Shown here in pieces: positions 42,732 to 51,700 of a stretch of DNA of 64,000 nucleotides (its first letter is position 1; each line of letters starts with the position of its first letter). The translations under genes were made by a program, and so were the position numbers. The notes below the pieces were generated by a model. The model was not told the origin of the DNA, searched no databases, and saw nothing but the letters and a program-made list of their open reading frames with translations. Origin of the DNA: Antedon mediterranea (lineage: Eukaryota > Animalia > Echinodermata); NCBI RefSeq assembly GCF_964355755.1, contig NC_092672.1:16629237-16693236 (forward strand). The letters run 5' to 3'.

Positions 42732-43006
42732 ATTGAATGTATTATTTATTACGAAAGCTGCATCTAGCATGAACATATTTCCTCTCTGACTGAGATCATG
42801 TTTTAAACAATAAAAGAAAATAAGGTTGCCCTAAAGAACTAGCTGTAGAAAATCACATAAAACAATGTTTCTCTGTCCCTGAACCAACATAATTCCAATA
42901 AACATGGCTATATCATACCAAATGTATTCTACAAAATAAACAGCCAGCATCATATAATAATTATGGTTTAAAATGTCAAAGACCAACTGATAAATGTGGA
43001 ATTTGC
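42732..43006 (+). pseudogene. Putative decayed N-terminal fragment of an Academ-like transposase
   Basis: Manual translation across stops and frameshifts: IECIIYYESCI*HEHISSLTEIMF*TIKENKVA / KELAVENHIKQCFSVPEPT* / NKHGY / YHTKC ... PTDKCGIC. The CII...C..[VI]P...HGYH..C[Y]...CxxC order resembles my recollection of invertebrate Academ-type proteins; not verified by search. Confidence 0.4.
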
Positions 43007-43081
43007 GTGTATGGTGGTTTGATTCCATAATAGTAATACTGTATTTTGATGATGAACTATTGCATTTTCTATGTATATGTA

Positions 43082-43184
43082 CAGGCGCGTAGCCAGAGGG
43101 GTTTTTATGGTTCGGGCGAACCCCCATTCCCGACATGCCCAATACCTCACCCTCATCTCTTAAAATCCTCCAAATACGTGCCCC
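43082..43184. mobile_element. Possible short decayed MITE with a hAT-Tip100-like terminus
   Basis: GC-rich island starting CAGGCGCGTAGCCAG with an internal hairpin GGTTCG-GG-CGAACC. Possible degenerate right end TACGTGCCC (expected TACGCGCCTG). No TSD found. Confidence 0.3.
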
Positions 43185-43671
43185 ACACAGTACAAAAGGT
43201 TAATTTGAAAAATTCGTTCGTGAATAACTCGATACCTTCTTCACTGTATGAGCGTATGTCGAGCGATACGTGTCTGTAAATTTACGAGTTGCAAATGAAT
43301 TGCCGATTTTCACCTGAAATCCCTGGATGTAACATGATATTGATGCGTGTATCGTACTCATAAAGTGAGCTGGGGCACGAACGATTCGTACAAAGGACAC
43401 CGCCAGACAATAGCGTACGTACCTATATTGTTTAGATCACGGCAGTCAGCATGCATAAAGTATACCGTAAATCTTCTAATTGTAACCCTGGGTTATTATA
43501 TTATTCTTTGATTGTTTTTTAGGGTGGGTTACTACTAGAAGGGGATTACTATTAGAGTAGTGGGTTACTATTACTTGAAAATAGTAACCCACCCCAACTA
43601 TTCCGGTCAGCAGCTTATAGCAAAATAATAAAACAGTACGGATAAACACATTTGTTTGAACAGAACTAACT

Positions 43672-43992
43672 AGTGGAGCTGTGGCTTGGTGGTTATGATG
43701 CTTGGCTACCAATCTAAGGGTCCTGGGTTCAAGTCCTGTCATATGTCAGGGTTTTTTTCTCATGACAATTTACAACTCCACTCCCAAAGACTTAATAATA
43801 AGTCTTTGTCTATGTAGAGCATCTTGTGTATATGTTTGTCTTATATGTTCTAGTGCAGTATATGGAGAGCCATCTCGATAGTGCTTTGCACTCATGGCAA
43901 TCCTCAGGGTGCTGCACCGCTGTGTTGTCATGTATGTTTGCCTGAAAATTAAATAAAATAAAATAAAAAATAAAAAAAAAAATAAAAAATCT
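43672..43992 (+). mobile_element. tRNA-derived SINE with LINE-like 3' stem-loop and A-rich tail
   Basis: A box and B box at tRNA spacing, about 200-bp body, (A)nT tail at 43945-43989, and candidate 8-bp TSD AACTAACT at 43664-43671 and 43993-44000. Confidence 0.85.
43682..43736 (+). promoter_or_regulatory. RNA polymerase III internal promoter (A box and B box) of the SINE
   Basis: A box TGGCTTGGTGG at 43682-43692 (one mismatch to TRGCNNARYGG); B box GGTTCAAGTCC at 43726-43736 (matches GTTCRANNC). Confidence 0.8.
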
Positions 43993-45059
43993 AACTAACT
44001 TATAAACTCAAAAACACTCAATCCTTCCCCACACCCGAGATCAACATGCATTATCTCCTTATTACTATCAGAGTAGTGGGTTGTTATTATTATAGATTGA
44101 CTATTGACTGGGTTACACTATTACTATTAAAAGGAGGGTTACTATTATTAGAGTGTGGGTTACTATTAGAAGATTGATTAATATTTAATTTCTTCAAATT
44201 GCTGTAAATAAATATAGGTAGAGCTATAATAAGCATTGAATTTGCCTTCTCACACAAAGTGCTTTTTTCGGGGATTTCCCTAGACGTACGTACGTTCACA
44301 TTGAACTTGAACGCAAGTGAATGATCAAAAAAGGTACGAATACGATCGTTTTGCTCATTGGTAGCATGCTGCATGAGAGTGTCTTTTCCGACTAATTAGA
44401 GGTGCTATTTATCATGAATGTTATGTGCGAGAGTATACCATTTCCGGCCATCTAGAGGTGTCATTTAACCAAATTTGCTTCGCCCCTCCAGATTTAGGAT
44501 GGCTTTTAGGTAAGGGTGGAATTAAACGACATTAAACTCATTACAAACGTATCAGATTAACATAATTCGTTTTTGCTGTAGCATACGTCGATACACAGTA
44601 CATAACGTAACCGTCAGTAAACTTCGCCTGGAAAGTAATACTACGACACATTTTGGTCCCTGGATGGAATATGATATCACGCGTTTGGACACAACGTTGA
44701 ACGATTCGTACAAAGGGATACCGCCAGACAAGTGCGTACCTATTGTTTAATAGTTGGATAGCTGGCAATAATGAATGCATAATAGCCCTCCGACGTACTC
44801 GCGGTCAATGGAACGTCGCGGTTTTCTAGGCGCTGAGGCTACGAAGTGAACGCCAACGATTTTTACAGTATTCCCCGACTCGACAAAAAGTACCTGTGTT
44901 CCCAGATATGGGATAGGCTCCCCGACGAGGGGATAGAGCCCATGCGGATACACAGTTGATGATCTTAACCTGGATGTTTTACTATTTTCATGAGATTTAA
45001 AACATATTTTTTCTTAGAATATGCCAATTGCGCATTCTTTTGACATCATACTTTACTAA

Positions 45060-45470
45060 CTTATGACGTCATAGGTACGTTATATGGTAATTTAAATATT
45101 AATTGGAAAGTTTAATACCACATTTATATAGCGGCTATTCTGAATTTATGCTAATTAACCTTTTTGATGTCTGACCGTATCATGTTCATTTCAACAAGAA
45201 AATGTTAGAAAATTGTTTTCCTGCGGTTTCTACATTTTTTTTAGCATAGGATAATGTCATTTAAGCAGTTATAACATAATATATGACGTCACAACTACCT
45301 TATGACGTCATAGTTACGTCATATGGTAATTTAAATATGCTAGTTTGAAAGTTTAATGTCACATTTATATTTACTCGTAATGCACTTAGGTGGTCTAAAA
45401 CCAACCGTTGAGGAGATATGGGAACTTCAAATGGTAAATGGCGGCCATTTTGAATTTATGCCAATTAACC
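45060..45470 (+). repeat. Subterminal direct repeat pair (45060-45160 and 45299-45470) with TGACGTCA palindromes
   Basis: CTTATGACGTCATAG.TACGT.ATATGGTAATTTAAATAT...GAAAGTTTAAT..CACATTTATAT followed by GCGGC.ATT.TGAATTTATGC.AATTAACC occurs twice. The second copy has about 70 extra bp at 45371-45440. Confidence 0.88.
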
Positions 45471-45616
45471 CACTTTCCGGTGTCCGATTTTGATAAATTT
45501 TGGATATGATGTTTATTTGGACTATATCAACTAGACAACACATTTCTGTTGCATTTAACATATCTAAACGATTTCCTCTTCATAAAATGACTTATTTGAC
45601 CTAATTTGACCTTTGA

Positions 45617-45756
45617 CCCTTCATATCTCAAAAACGCCCCCTCCCCGTCGCGATCAACATTCCTATTCGTATTCTACAGCCAAAATTACCCCAGAAAAAG
45701 TACATGAAGTAAATTCTGCAAAAAGTGACACCTACACCTCAAATACGACTGGTCTA
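45617..45756 (-). repeat. Right terminal inverted repeat (imperfect, about 140 bp)
   Basis: Reverse complement reads TAGACCAGTCGTATTTGAGGTGTAGGTGTCACTTTTTGCAGAATTT...TGTTGATCG...GGGGGCGTTTTTGAGATATG; roughly 70% identical to the left end by eye. Confidence 0.9.
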
Positions 45757-48700
45757 AAAAACATCAAAGTGCTTAAAATCACATTAGAAACCGTTTTAGA
45801 CCATTTTGAGCATTTCGATAAAACTTTTCACACAAAAACATTAAAGAGCACAAAATAGCTTAATATCGTATTTAAAAACGTTTTTGACCATTTTGAGCAT
45901 TTCGACAAAAATTTTTCACACAAAACAGCAAAGTGTACAGAATAGCTTCAAATTGTATTTGGAGACGTTTTAGACCTTTTTGTGATTTTCGAAAAAACTT
46001 GTTAACATAAAAACACCAAAGTGCTTAGAATAGCTTCAAATCGCATTTTGAGACGTTTTAGACCATTCTGTGATTTTCGAAAAAACTTGTTAAGATAAAA
46101 ACATCAAAGTGCTTAAAATCACATTAGAAACCGTTTTAGACCATTTTGAGCATTTCGATAAAACTTTTCACACAAAAACATCAAAGAGCACAAAATAGCT
46201 TAATATCGTATTTAAAAACGTTTTTGACCATTTTGAGCATTTCGACAAAAAATTTTCAAACAAAACAGCAAAGTGCACAGAATAACTTCAAATCGCATTT
46301 GGAGACGTTTTAGACCATTTTGTGATTTTCGAAAAAACTTGTTAACATAAAAACACCAAAGTGCTTAGAATAGCTTCAAATCGAATTTGGAGACGTTTTA
46401 GACCATGTTGTGATTTTCGAAAAAACTTTTTAACATAAAAACACCAAAGTGCTTAGAATGGCTTCAAATCGCATTTGGAGACATTTTAGACTGTTTTGTG
46501 ATTTTCGAAAAAACTTAAGATAAAAATATCAAAGTGCTTCAAATCACATTAGAAACCGTTTTAGACCATTTTGAGCATTTCGACAAAAATTTTTCACACA
46601 AAACAGCAAAGTGTACAGAATAGCTTCAAATCGTATTTGGAGACGTTTTAGACCTTTTTGTGATTTTCGAAAAAACTTGTTTACATAAAAACACCAAAGT
46701 GCTTAGAATAGCTTCAAATCGCATTTTGAGACGTTTTAGACCATTCTGTGATTTTCCAAAAAACTTGTTAACATAAAAACATCAAAGTGCTTCAAATCAC
46801 ATTAGAAACCGTTTTAGACCATTTTGAGCATTTCGACAAAAATTTTTCACACAAAACAGCAAAGTGTACAGAATAGCTTCAAATCGTATTTGCAGACGTT
46901 TTAGACCTTTTTGAGATTTTCGAAAAAACTTGTTAACATAAAAACATCAAAGTGCTTAAAATCACATTAGAAACCGTTTTAGACCATTTTGAGCATTTCG
47001 ATAAAAATTTTCTCACAAAACAGCAATGTGCACAGAATAACTTCAGATCGCATTTGGAGACATTTTAGACCATTTTGTGTTTTTCGAAAAAACTTGTTAA
47101 CATAAAAACATCAAAGTGTACAGAATAGCTTCAAATTGCATTTGGAGACGTTTTAGACCATTTTGTGATTTTCGAAAAAACTTGTTAACATAAAAACACC
47201 AAAGTGCTTAGAATAGCTTCAAATCGCATTTTGAGACATTTTAGACCCTTTTGTGATTTTCGAAAAAACTTGGTTACACAAAAACACCAAAGTGCTTAAA
47301 ATAGCTTCAAATCGCATTTGGAGACGTTTTAGACCATTTTGTGATTTTCGAAAAAACTTGTTACCATAAAAACACCAAAGTGCTTAGAATAGCTTCAAAT
47401 CGCATTTTGAGACGTTTTAGACCATTCTGTGATTTTCGAAAAAACTTGTTAACATAAAAACATCAAAGTCCTTAAAATCACATTAGAAACCGTTTTAGAC
47501 CAATTTGAGCATTTCGATAAAACTTTTCACACAAAAACATCAAAGAGCACAAAATAGCTTAATATATTATTTAAAAACGTTTTTGACCATTTTGAGCATT
47601 CAAAAAAAAATTTCACACAAAACAGCAAAGTGCACAGAATAACTCCAAATCGCATTTGGAGACGTTTTAGACCATTTTGTGATTTTCGAAAAAACTTGTT
47701 AACATAAAAACACCAAAGTGCTTACAATAGCTTCAAATCGCATTTTGAGACATTTTAGACCCTTTTGTGATTTTCGAAAAAAACTTGGTTACACAAAAAC
47801 ACCAAAGTGCTTAAAATAGCTTCAAATCGCATTTGGAGACATTTTAGACTATATTGTGATTTTCGAAAAAACTTGTTAACATAAAAACATCAAAGTGCTT
47901 AAAATCACATTAGAAACCGTTTTAGACCATTTTGAGCATTTCGATAAAACTTTTCACACAAAAACATCAAAGAGCACAAAATAGCTTAATATCGTATTCA
48001 AAAACGTTTTTGACCATTTTGAGCATTTCGACAAAAATTTTTCACACAAAACTGCAAAGTGTACAGAATAGCTTCAAATCGTATTTGGAGACGTTTTAGA
48101 CCTTTTTGTGATTTTCGAAAAAACTTGTTAACATAAAAACACCAAAGTGCTAAGAATAGCTTCAAATCGCATTTGGAGGCATTTTAGACCATTTTGTGAT
48201 TTTCGAAAAAACTTGTTAACATAAAAACATCAAAGTGTACAGAATAGCTTCAAATCGCATTTGGAGACGTTTTAGACCATTTTGTGATTTTCGAAAAAAC
48301 TTGTTAACATAAAAACATCAAAGTGCTTAAAATCACATTAGAAACCGTTTTAGACCATTTTGAGCACTTCGATAAAACTTTTCACACAAAAACATCAAAG
48401 AGCACAAAATAGCTTAATATCGTAAAAACATCAAAGTGCTTAAAATTCACATTAGAAACCGTTTTAGACCATTTTGAGCATTTCGATAAAACTTTTCACA
48501 CAAAAACATCAAAGAGCACAAAATAGCTTAATATCGTATTTAAAAACTTTTTTGACCATTTTGAGCATTTCGACAAAAAAATTTTCAAACAAAACAGCAA
48601 AGTGCACAGAATAACTTCAAATCGCATTTGGAGACGTTTTAGACCATTTTGTGATTTTCGAAAAAACTTGTTAACATAAAAACACCAAAGTGCTTAGAAT

Positions 48701-51700
48701 AGCTTCGAATCGCATTTTGAGACATTTTAGACCCTTTTGTGATTTTCGAAAAAACTTGTTTACACAAAAACACCAAAGTGCTTAAAATAGCTTCAAATCG
48801 CATTTGGAGACATTTTAGACTATTTTGTGATTTTCGAAAAAACTTGTTAACATAAAAACATCAAAGTGCTTCAAATCACATTAAAAACCGTTTTAGACCA
48901 TTTTGAGCATTTCGATAAAACTTTTCACAAAAAAACATCAAAGAGCACAAAATAGCTTAATATCGTATTTAAAAACGTTTTTGATCATTTTGAGCATTTC
49001 GAAAAAAAAATTTTCACACAAAACAGCAAAGTGTACAGAATAGCTTCAAATCGTATTTGGAGACGTTTTAGACCTTTTTGTGATTTTCGAAAAAAACTTG
49101 TTAACATAAAAACACCAAAGTGCTTAGAATAGCTTCAAATCGCATTTGGAGACGTTTTAGACCATTTTTTGATTTTCGAAAAAACTTGTTACCATAAAAA
49201 CACCAAAGTGCTTAGAATAGCTTCAAAAATCATTTTGAGACGTTTTATACCCTTTTGTGATTTTCGAAAAAACTTGGTTACACAAAAACACCAAAGTGCT
49301 TAAAATAGCTTCAAATCGCATTTGGAGAAGTTTTAAACCATTTTGTGATTTTCGAAAAAACTTGTTAACATAAAAACATCAAAGTGTACAGAATAACTTC
49401 AAATCGCATTTGGAGACATTTTAGACCATTTTGTGGTTTTCGAAAAAACTAGTTAACATAAAAACACCAACGTGCTTAAAATCACATTAGAAACCGTTTT
49501 AGACCATTTTGAGCATTTCGATAAAATTTTTCACACAAAAACATCAAAGAGCACAAAATAGCTTAATATCGTATTTAAAAACGTTTTTGACCATTTTGAG
49601 CATTTCGACACAAATTTTCACACAAAACAGCAAAGTGCACAGAATAACTTCAAAGACCATTTTGTGATTTTCGAAAAAACTTGTTAACATAAAAACATCA
49701 AAGTGTACAGAATAGCTTCAAATCGCATTTGGAGACGTTTTAGACCATTTTGTGATTTTCGAAAAAACTTGTTAACATAAAAACACCAAAGTGCTTAGAA
49801 TAGCTTGAAATCGCATTTTGAGACATTTTAGACCCTTTTATGATTTTCGAAAAAACTTGGTTAAAAAAAACACCAAAGTGCTTAAAATAGCTTCAAATCG
49901 CATTTGGAGACTTTTTAGACCATTTTGTGATTTCCGAAAAAACTTGTTAACATAAAAACATCAAAGTGTACAGAATAGCTTCAAATCGCAGTTGGAGACG
50001 TTTTAGACCATTTTGTGATTTTCGAAAAAACTTGTTAACATAAAAACATCAAAGTGCTTAAAATCACATTAGAAACCGTTTTAGACCATTTTGAGCACTT
50101 CGATAAAACTTTTCACACAAAAACATCAAAGAGCACAAAATAGCTTAATATCGTAAAAACATCAAAGTGCTTAAAATTCACATTAGAAACCGTTTTAGAC
50201 CATTTTGAGCATTTCGATAAAACTTTTCACACAAAAACATCAAAGAGCACAAAATAGCTTAATATCGTATTTAAAAACTTTTTTGACCATTTTGAGCATT
50301 TCGACAAAAAAATTTTCAAACAAAACAGCAAAGTGCACAGAATAACTTCAAATCGCATTTGGAGACGTTTTAGACCATTTTGTGATTTTCGAAAAAACTT
50401 GTTAACATAAAAACACCAAAGTGCTTAGAATAGCTTCGAATCGCATTTTGAGACATTTTAGACCCTTTTGTGATTTTCGAAAAAACTTGTTTACACAAAA
50501 ACACCAAAGTGCTTAAAATAGCTTCAAATCGCATTTGGAGACATTTTAGACTATTTTGTGATTTTCGAAAAAACTTGTTAACATAAAAACATCAAAGTGC
50601 TTCAAATCACATTAGAAACCGTTTTAGACCATTTTGAGCATTTCGATAAAACTTTTCACAAAAAAACATCAAAGAGCACAAAATAGCTTAATATCGTATT
50701 TAAAAACGTTTTTGATCATTTTGAGCATTTCGAAAAAAAAATTTTCACACAAAACAGCAAAGTGTACAGAATAGCTTCAAATCGTATTTGGAGACGTTTT
50801 AGACCTTTTTGTGATTTTCGAAAAAACTTGTTAACATAAAAACACCAAAGTGCTTAGAATAGCTTCAAATCGCATTTGGAGACGTTTTAGACCATTTTTT
50901 GATTTTCGAAAAAACTTGTTACCATAAAAACACCAAAGTGCTTAGAATAGCTTCAAAAATCATTTTGAGACGTTTTATACCCTTTTGTGATTTTCGAAAA
51001 AACTTGGTTACACAAAAACACCAAAGTGCTTAAAATAGCTTCAAATCGCATTTGGAGAAGTTTTAAACAATTTTGTGATTTTCGAAAAAACTTGTTAACA
51101 TAAAAACATCAAAGTGTACAGAATAACTTCAAATCGCATTTGGAGACATTTTAGACCATTTTGTGGTTTTCGAAAAAACTAGTTAACATAAAAACACCAA
51201 CGTGCTTAAAATCACATTAGAAACCGTTTTAGACCATTTTGAGCATTTCGATAAAATTTTTCACACAAAAACATCAAAGAGCACAAAATAGCTTAATATC
51301 GTATTTAAAAACGTTTTTGACCATTTTGAGCATTTCGACACAAATTTTCACACAAAACAGCAAAGTGCACAGAATAACTTCAAAGACCATTTTGTGATTT
51401 TCGAAAAAACTTGTTAACATAAAAACATCAAAGTGTACAGAATAGCTTCAAATCGCATTTGGAGACGTTTTAGACCATTTTGTGATTTTCGAAAAAACTT
51501 GTTAACATAAAAACACCAAAGTGCTTAGAATAGCTTGAAATCGCATTTTGAGACATTTTAGACCCTTTTATGATTTTCGAAAAAACTTGGTTAAAAAAAA
51601 CACCAAAGTGCTTAAAATAGCTTCAAATCGCATTTGGAGACTTTTTAGACCATTTTGTGATTTCCGAAAAAACTTGTTAACATAAAAACATCAAAGTGTA

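Larger units (their letters stand above)
43465..44180. mobile_element. Tc1/mariner-type MITE (TA|CCGTA terminus), interrupted by a SINE
   Basis: Left end TA|CCGTAAATCTTCTAATTGTAACCC. 43470-43488 is the inverted copy of 44157-44175 (18/19 match). Several internal copies of the TIR motif GGGTTACTATTA. The last 5 bp of the right end are degenerate. Confidence 0.6.
43320..44749 (+). repeat. Diverged internal direct repeat pair (about 43320-43434 and 44657-44749)
   Basis: Shared blocks TCCCTGGATG.AA.ATGATAT, GAACGATTCGTACAAAGG, ACCGCCAGACAA, GCGTAC, TATTGTTTA; core offset 1,320 bp. Confidence 0.8.
41782..45756. mobile_element. 3,975-bp non-autonomous TIR DNA transposon, probably Academ superfamily
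   Basis: Seen: termini TAGACCAGTCG...CGACTGGTCTA (11 bp perfect), about 140-bp imperfect TIRs, and flanks CATAAA|element|AAAAACATC versus the empty site CATAAAAACATC, giving a 3-bp AAA TSD. Knowledge: Academ elements have TAG-type (YR) termini, long TIRs and 3-4-bp TSDs. The element itself is secure; the superfamily call is about 0.65. Confidence 0.93.

Noticed and set aside
43675-43747. Functional tRNA gene
   Set aside because: Acceptor and anticodon stems do not pair properly; it is followed by a body, A-rich tail and TSD, so it is a SINE head.
43481-44117. Solo LTR (TGTAACCC...GGGTTACA with CTAAT/CTATT flanks)
   Set aside because: Both ends are copies of the MITE motif GGGTTACTATTA, which continues beyond 44117; the longer inverted match 43470-43488 / 44157-44175 explains them better.
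43490-44162. Interstitial telomeric GGGTTA repeats
   Set aside because: The hexamers are dispersed within the MITE motif, not tandem.
41782-45756. Tc1/mariner reading of the large element with TA as the TSD
   Set aside because: The empty paralog lacks the TA required at the insertion point; the A count shows an AAA duplication with TAG/CTA belonging to the element.
42553-45858. Short ORFs listed within the insertion
   Set aside because: All are 103 aa or less, overlap on both strands, cross nested-element boundaries and show no recognisable domain.
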